Shown here: positions 7,338 through 15,570 of the stretch, piece after piece
Position numbering within the stretch: the first letter of the stretch is position 1
How the letters are laid out: each line of letters begins with the position of its first letter
Source: Acidobacteriota bacterium
Lineage (GTDB): Bacteria; Acidobacteriota; Vicinamibacteria; Vicinamibacterales; CAVVIG01
Direction: 5' to 3'
DNA: 32,434 nucleotides
NCBI GenBank assembly: GCA_043783985.1
Contig: JAYVYV010000174.1
Location: 1-32,434, forward strand
The notes under the pieces: generated by a model
The model's input: only the letters and a program-made list of their open reading frames with translations
The model's database searches: none
What the model was told of the DNA's origin: nothing
Made by a program: the position numbers and the translations under genes

Positions 7338-8768
7338 TCATGCCGAGCGTCGCGCCGCGGGCGGCGGCGCCTCCGCTGCGAGGTGATGGCGGTCGAGCCG
7401 GCGATACAGCGCGCGGCGGCTGATGCCCAGGACCTTCGCGGCCGCCATGCGATTGCCGTTGACCTGCCGCAGCACGTCGAGGATGTGCTCGCGCTCGATG
7501 GCGTCGAGCGGCGCCGGCTCGACGCCGCGTGCCGACAGCTCCGCGATCCTCCCGCGCGGTGACGAGGGGGCGTGCGTCTCGGGACCGAAGGCGCCCGCCA
7601 GCTCGCGCTCCGACAGGAGCGTCCCCTCCGACAGCATACAGGCGCGCTCGATCACGTTCTTCAGCTCGCGGACGTTGCCTTCCCACCGCGCGTTGAGCAG
7701 GACGCGCTCGGCGCCGGCGGTCAGGCCGTGGATCGGCTTCCGGATCCGCGCCGCGCACTCGCGCATGAACGCCCTGGTCAGATATGGAATGTCTTCGCGG
7801 CGCTCGCGCAGCGGCGGCAGGATCACCTCGACGACGTTGAGCCGGTAGAACAAATCGCCGCGAAAGCGTCCCGCGGCCACTTCGGCCCGCAAATCTCTGT
7901 TGGTGGCGGCGATCAGCGTCACATCCACGCGCTTCAACTGCAACGAACCCACACGCTGCACTTCGCCGTGCTCGATGGCGCGCAGCAGCTTGGCCTGCAC
8001 CGACAGCGGGAGCTCACCGACCTCGTCGAGAAACAGCGTGCCGCCATGCGCCGTCTCGAACACGCCTGGCTTCGATTCGACCGCGCCGGTGAACGCACCG
8101 CGCACGTGGCCGAAGAGCTCGCTCTCGAACAGCGTGTCCACCAGCGCCGAGCAGTTGATCGTGACGAACGGCTTGGTGCGTCGCGTTCCCGCGTGATGGA
8201 ACGCGCGCGCCGCGAGCTCCTTGCCGGAGCCCGTTTCGCCGCCGAGCAGCACGACCTTGGCGTGCGGCGCGAGGCGCTGGATGAGGCTGAAGACCTCCTG
8301 CATCAGGGGGCTGCGCCCGAGCATGCCGCAGAATTCGAGCTGCCGCGCGACCTCGCTCTCGAGCGCCAGCACCTGCGCCCGGCGCTCGAGTTCGGCGCGG
8401 ATGTCTTCGAGCACCTCCTTCAGACGATCGAAATCGAACGGCTTGGTGAGGTATTCGCGCGCGCCGAGCTTGATCGCCTCGACCGCGCTGTCGACGCCTC
8501 CATAGGCGGTCATCAGGATGACTTCGCACCCGGGCACCGTCGTGCGGATCTGGCGCAGCAGGTCGAGCCCGTTCACGTCCGGCATCCGCAGATCGACCAT
8601 CGCCAGATCGGCCGGCTTGCGCAGCAGCGTGCGCATCGCGTCGGCGCCGTTGGCGCAGGCGACCACGTCGAATCCGATTCTGGCCGCCAGCCGCTCCACG
8701 ATCTTGAGGACCGACATGTCGTCGTCCACGACGAGGAGCAGCGGGCGTGCGGTTTTAGAAGCGGTCAT
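7338..8768 (-). CDS. Sigma-54-dependent response regulator (NtrC family: REC + AAA+ + Fis-type HTH)
   Basis: The ATG at 8768 gives MTASKTARPLLLVVDDD... (receiver). Further motifs: GETGSGKELAARAFH (Walker A), GAFTGA (sigma-54 contact loop), TLFLDEVGEL (Walker B), and C-terminal AAKVLGISRRALYRRL. The 37-aa upstream extension in the track is rejected. Confidence 0.92.
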   Translation of the reverse strand: MTASKTARPLLLVVDDDMSVLKIVERLAARIGFDVVACANGADAMRTLLRKPADLAMVDLRMPDVNGLDLLRQIRTTVPGCEVILMTAYGGVDSAVEAIKLGAREYLTKPFDFDRLKEVLEDIRAELERRAQVLALESEVARQLEFCGMLGRSPLMQEVFSLIQRLAPHAKVVLLGGETGSGKELAARAFHHAGTRRTKPFVTINCSALVDTLFESELFGHVRGAFTGAVESKPGVFETAHGGTLFLDEVGELPLSVQAKLLRAIEHGEVQRVGSLQLKRVDVTLIAATNRDLRAEVAAGRFRGDLFYRLNVVEVILPPLRERREDIPYLTRAFMRECAARIRKPIHGLTAGAERVLLNARWEGNVRELKNVIERACMLSEGTLLSERELAGAFGPETHAPSSPRGRIAELSARGVEPAPLDAIEREHILDVLRQVNGNRMAAAKVLGISRRALYRRLDRHHLAAEAPPPAARRSA

Positions 8769-9101
8769 GGCGGTTGTGTGTGCGCGTTCCAATAAACGTG
8801 CCCCGGTTTCCACCGACGGAAGCCGCAGACATGGGCTGAACCGCACGACCACTGTGCGATTTTGACCACCTACGTGCAACTACGTGGGCGTTATAGCACA
8901 TAGGCGCGCACTTCCCGGAGGCGTTTCTTGCGCCGGTGGAGGACGGTGCTCGCCGATCACGGGTGCCCTGCCACGGCGCCGTCTCGAATCGTCGAAATCC
9001 GCGCGGTCCACGGCTATTCCGCTTCCGGGACCGCCTCGTCCCGCAGCCGGACACTCCTGCCCCACGATCGTTGGCGTTAACGTGGGTCTAACTTGCTCCT
9101 G

Positions 9102-9107
9102 TATAAT
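9102..9107 (+). promoter_or_regulatory. Candidate -10 box (perfect TATAAT) in the long intergenic region upstream of the efflux operon
   Basis: TATAAT at 9102-9107 in otherwise GC-rich DNA, 92 nt upstream of the ATG at 9199. Only a weak -35-like sequence (TTAACG) at non-ideal spacing. Confidence 0.25.
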
Positions 9108-9198
9108 GACTTACTTGTCGCACCCAGACGCGCGGCGTTGGCGCGGCGAACGCGCGATCGTTTGCTTGCACGTTTCCGTCTAAGCACACACAACACCC

Positions 9199-10452
9199 AT
9201 GGATATTGCACGCCCGTCCAATGCGAAGAAGAAGCGGATCAGGCAGGCGCTGTATGCCGGCGTCGGTCTCCTGGCCGTTGTGCTGGTCAGCGTGGGCTTG
9301 TCGCGGCTGAAGCCGGCGGCGCCGACGGTGGAGCGCGCGGTGGTCTGGCCGGCCAAGGTGGAGCGCGGCCCGATGGTGCGCCAGGTGCGCGGCCTGGGGA
9401 CGCTCACACCGGAAGACATCCGGTGGATCCCGGCGACCACGCAGGGCCGCGTCGAAAAAATCATCCTGCGGCCCGGCACCCGGGTGACCAGCGGCGACGT
9501 GATTCTCGAGTTGACCAACCCGCAGCTCGAACAGCAGCTGCAGGATGCGCAACTCAAACTGGGCGCCGCCGAGGCGGGCCTCGCGAACATCAAGGTGCAA
9601 CTGCAGAACGACCTGCTGCAGCAGCGCGCGGCGTCGGCGAACATCGAGGCCGATTTCAACAAGGCCAAGATGCAGGCGCAGATGAACGAGGCGCTCGCGG
9701 CGGACAAGCTGGTGTCCGACCTGGTGCTGAAGCAGTCGCAGGTGGATGCGCAGTCGCTCGGCGTGCGCAACCAGATTTCGAAGGACCAGCTCGCGAGCAA
9801 GGCCGATTCGATGCGCGCACAGCTGATGGTGCAGCAGTCGCTGGTGGACCAGGCGCGCGCCCTGCTCGCGTTGACGCGCCAGCAGCGCAACGAGCTGAAA
9901 GTGCGCGCCGGCCTCGACGGAATGCTGCAGCTGGTGCCGGTCGAAGTCGGACAGCAGGTCGCGCCGGGCACGAACCTCGCGCGCGTCGCGAATCCGAGCC
10001 GGCTGAAAGCGGAGATCAAAATCGCGGAGACGCAGGCGAAGGACATTCAGCTGGGCCAGAAAGCTGAAATCGACACCCGCAACGGGATCGTCGAAGGCCG
10101 CGTGGCGCGCATCGACCCGTCGGTGCAGAACGGCACGCGCACGGTCGACGTCACTCTCACCGGCGTGCTGCCCAATGGCGCGGTCCCCGACCTGAGCGTG
10201 GACGGCACCATCGAGCTCGAACGGCTGAACAACGTGCTCTTCATGGGCCGCCCCGCGTTCGGGCAGGACCAGAGCGTGGTCGGGCTGTTCAAGATTTCCG
10301 CCGACGGCTCGAACGCCGAGCGCGTGCAGGTGAAGCTCGGCCGCAGCTCTGTGAACACCATCGAGGTGCTGTCGGGTCTCAAGGTCGGAGACCAGGTGAT
10401 TCTGTCCGACATGTCGGCGTACGACGCATACGACCGCATCAGATTGAAATGA
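9199..10452 (+). CDS. Efflux periplasmic adaptor subunit (HlyD/MacA family)
   Basis: N-terminal membrane anchor, a lipoyl-like motif (GRVEKIILRPGTRVTSGDVILEL), a long coiled-coil hairpin (QLEQQLQDAQLKLGAAEAGL...), and a beta-barrel/MPD region (GIVEGRVARIDPSV..., LKVGDQVILSD). Confidence 0.9.
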   Translation: MDIARPSNAKKKRIRQALYAGVGLLAVVLVSVGLSRLKPAAPTVERAVVWPAKVERGPMVRQVRGLGTLTPEDIRWIPATTQGRVEKIILRPGTRVTSGDVILELTNPQLEQQLQDAQLKLGAAEAGLANIKVQLQNDLLQQRAASANIEADFNKAKMQAQMNEALAADKLVSDLVLKQSQVDAQSLGVRNQISKDQLASKADSMRAQLMVQQSLVDQARALLALTRQQRNELKVRAGLDGMLQLVPVEVGQQVAPGTNLARVANPSRLKAEIKIAETQAKDIQLGQKAEIDTRNGIVEGRVARIDPSVQNGTRTVDVTLTGVLPNGAVPDLSVDGTIELERLNNVLFMGRPAFGQDQSVVGLFKISADGSNAERVQVKLGRSSVNTIEVLSGLKVGDQVILSDMSAYDAYDRIRLK

Positions 10453-10464
10453 ACGCGCAGGTAA

Positions 10465-10525
10465 AGCCTGAGGCCTCGCGACGAGCGCGGATCGGACGGC
10501 AACAAGTCGCGCAGGCCTTCAGCCT
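10465..10525. repeat. Imperfect inverted repeat (hairpin) between the adaptor and ATPase genes
   Basis: AGCCTGAGGCCTCGCGAC (10465-10482) pairs with GTCGCGCAGGCCTTCAGCCT (10506-10525): 6 + 6 + ~5 bp with bulges and a 23-nt loop. The arm sequence CTGAGGCCT resembles the CTGAGGGCT heptamer arrays elsewhere in the window. Confidence 0.5.
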
Positions 10526-10543
10526 GCCGGGGAGACGAAGAGC

Positions 10544-11254
10544 ATGGCTGAGAACGGACAGGCGCTGATCAAGCTGGATGGCGTGACCAAGGTCTTCTTC
10601 ACCGACGAGGTCGAAACGCACGCGCTCTCCGGGATTCATCTCCAGATCGACAAGGGCGAGTACGTGTCGATCGCCGGCCCTTCGGGCTGCGGCAAGTCGA
10701 CGCTTCTCTCGATCTTGGGCCTGCTCGACTCGCCCACCGAAGGACAGTACCTGCTCAACAACCGGCCGGTCGCCGAGCTGCCCGCGTCGGAACGGGCGCG
10801 CGTGCGCAACCGCGAGATCGGGTTCATCTTCCAAAGCTTCAACCTGATCGGCGACCTCACGGTATTCGAGAACGTGGAGCTGCCGCTCACCTACCGGGGC
10901 ATGAAGGCCGCCGAGCGCAAGCAGCGCGTCGAGGCGGCGCTCGAGCGCGTCGGCATGGGGCATCGGGCGAAGCATCTGCCCAGCCAGCTTTCGGGGGGCC
11001 AGCAGCAGCGCGTCGCGGTGGCGCGCGCCGTCGCCGGCGAGCCGCTCATCCTGCTGGCGGACGAGCCGACCGGCAACCTCGATTCGCGCAGCGGCGAAGC
11101 GGTGATGGACCTCCTACGCGAGCTGCACCGCGCCGGCGCGACCATCTGCATGGTCACGCACGATCCGCGGTACGCGCGCCACGCCGATCGCAGCATCCAC
11201 GTCTTCGACGGCCGCGTCGTCGAAGAGCAGACCGAAATGGCTGTTACGGAATAA
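10544..11254 (+). CDS. ABC transporter ATP-binding protein (MacB/LolD-type)
   Basis: GPSGCGKSTLL (Walker A), FIFQSFNL (Q-loop), LSGGQQQRVAVARA (signature), LILLADEPTGNLD (Walker B), VTHD (H-loop). Confidence 0.93.
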   Translation: MAENGQALIKLDGVTKVFFTDEVETHALSGIHLQIDKGEYVSIAGPSGCGKSTLLSILGLLDSPTEGQYLLNNRPVAELPASERARVRNREIGFIFQSFNLIGDLTVFENVELPLTYRGMKAAERKQRVEAALERVGMGHRAKHLPSQLSGGQQQRVAVARAVAGEPLILLADEPTGNLDSRSGEAVMDLLRELHRAGATICMVTHDPRYARHADRSIHVFDGRVVEEQTEMAVTE

Positions 11255-11263
11255 GAACCCTGG

Positions 11264-11332
11264 CAGGGCTGGGGGCTCAGGGCTCCGGGCATCGAAGCCG
11301 GAAGAAGTCCTGAGCCCTCAGCTCTCAGCCCT
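11264..11332. repeat. Inverted heptamer arrays: CAGGGCTGGGGGCTCAGGGCTC (11264-11285) facing GAGCCCTCAGCTCTCAGCCCT (11312-11332)
   Basis: Same GAGGGCT/AGCCCTC unit family as 3757-3838. The arms can pair (7 bp + imperfect centre + 7 bp) around a 26-nt loop. The right arm ends 2 nt before the permease ATG (11335), which has no Shine-Dalgarno. Confidence 0.8.
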
Positions 11333-11334
11333 TC

Positions 11335-13740
11335 ATGTTTACTGATCTCAGGCAAGCGCTCCGGCTCCTCTACACGTCTCCGGGTTTCAGCACGCTGGTC
11401 GTGATCGTCCTGGCGCTGGGCATCGGCGCCAACACCGCCATCTTCAGCATCGTCAACGGCGTCCTGTTGAAGCCGCTGCCCTTTGCCGACCCCTCGCGCC
11501 TTGTGGCGATCGACACGACCGTGCGGAACGAGCCGGACGACACGGCGTACCTCGACGTGCTCGACTGGCGCGCCCAGGCCACGACTCTTGAACACATCGC
11601 CGCGTACGCGACCGCCGCCGTGACGCTGACCGGCCACGGCGAGGCGGCGTCGATCCCGACGGCGGTGGTCACCTCCGATGTGTTTCCCCTCCTTGGCGTA
11701 CCGCCGATCGCCGGTCGCTTGCTGGGCCCCGGCGACGATGCACGGGGAGCGGAGCGGACCGCGGTGATCTCCGAAACGTTGTGGGCGCGCTCGTTCGCAC
11801 ACGACGCCTCCATTGTCGGCAAGCCTGCGCTCCTGGACGGCGACCCGGTCGTCATCGTCGGCGTCATGCCGGCGCGCTTCGAGTTTCCGTTCGATTCCGA
11901 AAACCCGCCGCAGATCTGGATGCCGGTGCTCGCCTCGCGCTTCTCGGCGCAGTGGGCCGACCAGCGCGGCGCGGCCTTCCTGAAGGCGGTGGGACGGCTG
12001 CGCCAGGGCATCACCCTGAGATCGGCGCAGGCCGAGATGTCCGGCATCGCAGCCCGGCTCGACGCCGCCCACCCGCGCAACGGCAGCCACGGCCTCCTCG
12101 TTCGCCCGTTCCAGGAGGTGCTGGTCAAGAACTCCCGGACCGCGCTCTTCGCCCTGCTCGGAGCAGTCGTGGCGGTGCTGCTCATCGCGTGCGCCAACAT
12201 CGCGAACCTGCTGCTGGCGCGCGGCACGGCGCGGCGCCGCGAGATGGCCGTCCGCACGGCGCTCGGCGCGAGCCGCCTGCTCATCGTCCGGCTGTTGCTG
12301 ATCGAAAGCCTGACGCTCGCCGCCGCCGGCGGTGCGGCGGGAACCGTCGTCGCCCTGTGGGGCGTTGACGCGCTCGTCCGCATCAGCCCGGTGCAGATCC
12401 CGCGTCTCAACACGATCCACATCGATCGCAGCGTGCTGATGTTCACGGTGCTGGCGTCGCTGTTGACCGGCGCGCTCTGCGGCCTTCTCCCCGCCCTGCA
12501 GCTGTCGCGGTCGAACCCGGGCGACGCGTTGAAGAACGGCAATCGCGGCGGGAGCAGCGGACGCAGCGTGCGCACCCGTCACGCGCTCGTCGTCGCCGAA
12601 GTCGCGCTGTCGCTGATGCTGCTCGCCTCCGCCGGCCTGCTGATCCGTAGCCTCAGCGGCCTGCAGCACGTCAGCCCCGGCTTCACCACCGAGCGCGCCG
12701 TGACGATGCAGTTGCTGCTGCCGCAGGGGCGTTACGGCGACGCCGCGTCGATCATCGCGTTCTACCGTCGGCTGCGGAACGAGGTCGCCGTCCTTCCGTC
12801 GGTCACCGCGAGCGCCGTCTCCACCACCCTGCCGATGACCGGCAGCGACATCACGATGGGATTCAGGCCCGACGGCCGCGCGGCCGAACCGGGCGTCCGG
12901 ACGTCGGCGGCCTTCTTCGGCGTCAGCCCCGACTACTTCTCGACGATGGGGATTCGGATCGTGCGCGGGCGCGGCTTCACGGAGCGCGACGACGAGCGCG
13001 CCGCCGGCGTTGTCGTGATCAACGAGACCATGGCGGCCAAGTACTGGCCGGGCGAGGATCCGATCGGCAAGCGGGTGACGCTGAGCTACAACAACACTCC
13101 TCCGCGCGAGATCGTCGGCATCGCCGGCGACGTGAAGCAGACCCGCCTCACCGACGCCGTGACGGCGCAGATGTACACGCCGTTCGTCCAGGCGCCGTGG
13201 CCGTTCCTGACCGCCGTCGCGAAGACCGCGGCGGCGCCTGACGCGGCGGCCGGACTGCTGCGCCGGGCGCTGGCGCACCTCGATCCGGAGCAGGCGGCAG
13301 GAGAGATCCGGACGTTCGACCAGTACCTGGCCCGATCGATCGCGACGCCGCGCTTCACGGCGACTCTGCTGGGAACCTTCGCGGCCCTGGCACTGTTGCT
13401 CGCCGGCTTCGGTCTCTACGGGGTGATGGCATATACCGTCGCTCAGCGTCGCCGCGAGATCGGCGTCCGCATGGCGCTCGGCGCGCAGGCCGCCGACGTC
13501 CGATGGCTGGTGGTGAGTCAGGCCGTGCGTCTTGGCGCGGCGGGGCTGGCGCTGGGGCTGGCCGGCGCGCTGGCGGTCACGCGCGTGCTCGACAGCCTGC
13601 TGTTCGGCGTGACCGCCTCGGATCCACTGACGTTCGCCGCCGTCTCCGCCGCGTTGATTATGGTGCTCGTTCTCGCGGCGTATCTCCCGGCGCGGCGCGC
13701 GACGCGCGTCGACCCCATCGCGGCACTCAGAGCGGACTGA
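11335..13740 (+). CDS. ADOP-family (duplicated MacB-like/FtsX) ABC transporter permease
   Basis: 801 aa. N-terminus MFTDLRQALRLLYTSPGFSTLVVIVLALGIGANTAIFSIVNGVLLKPLPF is typical of ADOP/MacB permeases. Two FtsX-type modules: CANIANLLLARGTARRREMAVRTALGASR... and VMAYTVAQRRREIGVRMALGAQ... Confidence 0.93.
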   Translation: MFTDLRQALRLLYTSPGFSTLVVIVLALGIGANTAIFSIVNGVLLKPLPFADPSRLVAIDTTVRNEPDDTAYLDVLDWRAQATTLEHIAAYATAAVTLTGHGEAASIPTAVVTSDVFPLLGVPPIAGRLLGPGDDARGAERTAVISETLWARSFAHDASIVGKPALLDGDPVVIVGVMPARFEFPFDSENPPQIWMPVLASRFSAQWADQRGAAFLKAVGRLRQGITLRSAQAEMSGIAARLDAAHPRNGSHGLLVRPFQEVLVKNSRTALFALLGAVVAVLLIACANIANLLLARGTARRREMAVRTALGASRLLIVRLLLIESLTLAAAGGAAGTVVALWGVDALVRISPVQIPRLNTIHIDRSVLMFTVLASLLTGALCGLLPALQLSRSNPGDALKNGNRGGSSGRSVRTRHALVVAEVALSLMLLASAGLLIRSLSGLQHVSPGFTTERAVTMQLLLPQGRYGDAASIIAFYRRLRNEVAVLPSVTASAVSTTLPMTGSDITMGFRPDGRAAEPGVRTSAAFFGVSPDYFSTMGIRIVRGRGFTERDDERAAGVVVINETMAAKYWPGEDPIGKRVTLSYNNTPPREIVGIAGDVKQTRLTDAVTAQMYTPFVQAPWPFLTAVAKTAAAPDAAAGLLRRALAHLDPEQAAGEIRTFDQYLARSIATPRFTATLLGTFAALALLLAGFGLYGVMAYTVAQRRREIGVRMALGAQAADVRWLVVSQAVRLGAAGLALGLAGALAVTRVLDSLLFGVTASDPLTFAAVSAALIMVLVLAAYLPARRATRVDPIAALRAD

Positions 13741-13742
13741 TC

Positions 13743-14444
13743 ATGCTGATTTCACTACGTAACGTCGAGAAGTCGTATCCGCACGGCGTCGGGCGAAGTT
13801 ACGTCCTGCGGCGGGTGAACGTGGACATCAAGGAGGGCGAATTCGTCTCGATTATGGGGCCGTCCGGCGCCGGCAAATCGACGCTCCTCCACATCCTCGG
13901 CATGCACGACAGCGCGTGGTCCGGCGAGTACTACTTCATGGATCAGCCGGTGCATCGTCTCAGTCCCAAACAGCGCGCGGAATTGCACAAGAAGCACATC
14001 GGGTTCGTGTTCCAGAGCTATCACCTGCTCGACAACCTGACCGTCTACGAGAATCTGGAGATTCCGCTCTCGTACCGGAACGTCAGCCGCAAGGATCGTC
14101 AGAGCATGGTCGGCGACATCCTCGACCGGTTTCAGATTGTCGGGAAGAAAGATCTCTATCCCAACCAGCTGTCGGGCGGCCAGCAGCAGCTGGTCGGCGT
14201 CGCGCGCGCGGTGATCGCCAACCCGCAGGTCGTCCTCGCGGACGAACCGACCGGCAACCTGCACTCGGCGCAAGGCAAAGAAATCATGACGTTGTTCCGC
14301 TCGCTCAACGAAAGCGGCGCGACAATCATCCAGGTGACGCATTCGGAAGTGAACGCATCCTACGGAACGCGAATCATCCAGTTGCGGGACGGTTGGGTCG
14401 TCGACGAGGCACCGTCAAACCAAAGGCCGCCGGCGAACCTCTGA
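13743..14444 (+). CDS. Second ABC transporter ATP-binding protein (MacB/LolD-type), compositionally distinct
   Basis: The ATG at 13743 lies 2 nt after the permease stop and gives MLISLRNVEKSY..., GPSGAGKSTLL, FVFQSYHLL, LSGGQQQLVGVARA, VVLADEPTGNL, VTHS. It uses visibly more A/T-ending codons than its neighbours. The upstream 80 aa of the track ORF overlap the permease and are rejected. Confidence 0.9.
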   Translation: MLISLRNVEKSYPHGVGRSYVLRRVNVDIKEGEFVSIMGPSGAGKSTLLHILGMHDSAWSGEYYFMDQPVHRLSPKQRAELHKKHIGFVFQSYHLLDNLTVYENLEIPLSYRNVSRKDRQSMVGDILDRFQIVGKKDLYPNQLSGGQQQLVGVARAVIANPQVVLADEPTGNLHSAQGKEIMTLFRSLNESGATIIQVTHSEVNASYGTRIIQLRDGWVVDEAPSNQRPPANL

Positions 14445-14528
14445 ACGGCGCCGTAGCCGAGAGAGCGCCCGCCGGGGCCCGAGACCCGCATCACTTGGCC
14501 CTTCCCTTGCTTCGATGTCGGCGGCTGC

Positions 14529-15146
14529 ATGCGATCCCTGTCCCATTCGATTCTGGCGTTGTTTGCGTCCCCGGCCGGGGTGTTTGTCCTCGCCGCGCTC
14601 GACTCGACGCTGTTCTTTTCGATGCCGTTCGGCATCGACACCGCGGTCATCATTCTCGCGGCGCGGCTGGGCGCGCTCTGGTGGACCGTCCCCCTGCTCG
14701 CCACCTCCGGTTCCGTACTCGGCGCCGCGCTCACCTTCTGGATGGGACGCAAGATCGGGGACCACGGGCTCGAGCGTTGGGTGCCTGCTCGCCGGCTGAC
14801 GGCGGTTCGTGCCCGCGTGCGCAAGAAGGGCGCGGTCGCCCTCGCCGTCCTCGATCTGATCCCGCCGCCGTTCCCGTTCACGCCGTTCGTCCTCGCCGCC
14901 GGCGCGCTCGAGGTGAAGCCGCGGCTGTTCTTCGTCACGCTGACGATCTGCCGCATCTTCCGCTTCGGGGTGGAAGCGGCGCTCGCCGCGACCTACGGCC
15001 GCCGGATTCTGGACGCGCTGGACTCCGACCTCTTCCACGAGATCATGATGTTTTTCGTGGTGATTGCGATCGCGCTCACCCTGTTCTCGCTCGTGCAGGT
15101 GGTCCGCGCGACGCGCGCGCCGAGGCGCCGGGACGCCGCCGCCTAG
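14529..15146 (+). CDS. YqaA/DedA-like (SNARE-associated family) membrane protein
   Basis: 205 aa with 4-5 hydrophobic segments. FVLAALDSTLFFSMPFGIDTAVI and DLIPPPFPFTPFVLAAG resemble the YqaA/DedA family pattern. Confidence 0.75.
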   Translation: MRSLSHSILALFASPAGVFVLAALDSTLFFSMPFGIDTAVIILAARLGALWWTVPLLATSGSVLGAALTFWMGRKIGDHGLERWVPARRLTAVRARVRKKGAVALAVLDLIPPPFPFTPFVLAAGALEVKPRLFFVTLTICRIFRFGVEAALAATYGRRILDALDSDLFHEIMMFFVVIAIALTLFSLVQVVRATRAPRRRDAAA

Positions 15147-15493
15147 AACATCCGTCCGCCGAGCGGGACGTCGCGTTCCGGTCCGAGCAGCACCACCGCG
15201 CCCTCGCCGTCTGGCACACCCAGGGTGAGCACCTCGGACATGTACGGGCCGATCTGCTTCGGCGGAAAGTTCACGACCGCGACGACCAGGCGGTTCAGCA
15301 GCGCGTCCTTCGGGTAATGCGTCGTGGCCTGCGCCGACGATTTCTTCACGCCGATCTCGCCGCCGAAATCGATGCGCAGCTTGTAGGCCGGCTTGCGGGC
15401 CTCGGGAAAATCCTCGACGGCCACCACGCGCCCCACGCGAATGTCGACGCGCTGGAACTCGGCGTAGCAAAGCGGTGCAGGCTCGGTAGTCAT
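15143..15493 (-). CDS. csaA: tRNA-binding domain protein / chaperone CsaA
   Basis: FQRVDIRVGRVVAVEDFPEARKPAYKLRIDFG...VVAVVNFPPKQIGPYMSEVLTLG is the CsaA/YgjH tRNA-binding OB-fold signature. Its stop overlaps the convergent gene stop by 4 nt (CTAG). Confidence 0.9.
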   Translation of the reverse strand: MTTEPAPLCYAEFQRVDIRVGRVVAVEDFPEARKPAYKLRIDFGGEIGVKKSSAQATTHYPKDALLNRLVVAVVNFPPKQIGPYMSEVLTLGVPDGEGAVVLLGPERDVPLGGRMF

Positions 15494-15570
15494 ATGCGTG
15501 GAAACATGACACGGTTTGCCGGCGCGGCACCAGTCGGGGCTTTTGTGCTACGGTCGAGGCGGTACGGGAG

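Noticed and set aside
8789-8803. Sigma-54-like element on the minus strand (GGGCACG-TTTA-TTGG) upstream of the NtrC-type gene; also TGGCAC at 413-418
   Set aside because: At 8789-8803 the -12 position has GG instead of the near-invariant GC. At 413-418 no TTGC-like -12 element follows (GACA instead), and no gene lies downstream in that orientation (the tRNA is on the other strand).
8880-9183. Small ORFs in the long intergenic spacer (8755-9054 -, 8880-9065 -, 8884-9183 +)
   Set aside because: They have no RBS, their translations are Arg/Pro-rich, and they overlap one another. The region is better treated as regulatory or possibly non-coding RNA.
10891-13278. 795-aa minus-strand ORF. Similar long ORFs: 953-2599(+), 4629-5846(-), 5776-6786(-), 7572-8795(+), 9093-10067(+), 13916-15574(+), 14415-15674(-), 16158-17627(+), 17215-19623(+), 20475-22259(-), 30943-31593(-), 31717-32427(-)
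   Set aside because: All lie antisense to, or out of frame with, genes that have clear family signatures (ADOP permease, surE, radical SAM, moaA, NtrC-type EBP, HlyD, ABC ATPases, FAD oxidoreductase, prolyl oligopeptidase, M14, ABC-F). All have Arg/Pro/Gly-dominated low-complexity translations.
15143-15146. Convergent genes sharing 4-nt overlapping stops (CTAG at 15143-15146; CTAA at 15993-15996)
   Set aside because: This is real but trivial, a common consequence of tight packing. No regulatory implication can be supported.
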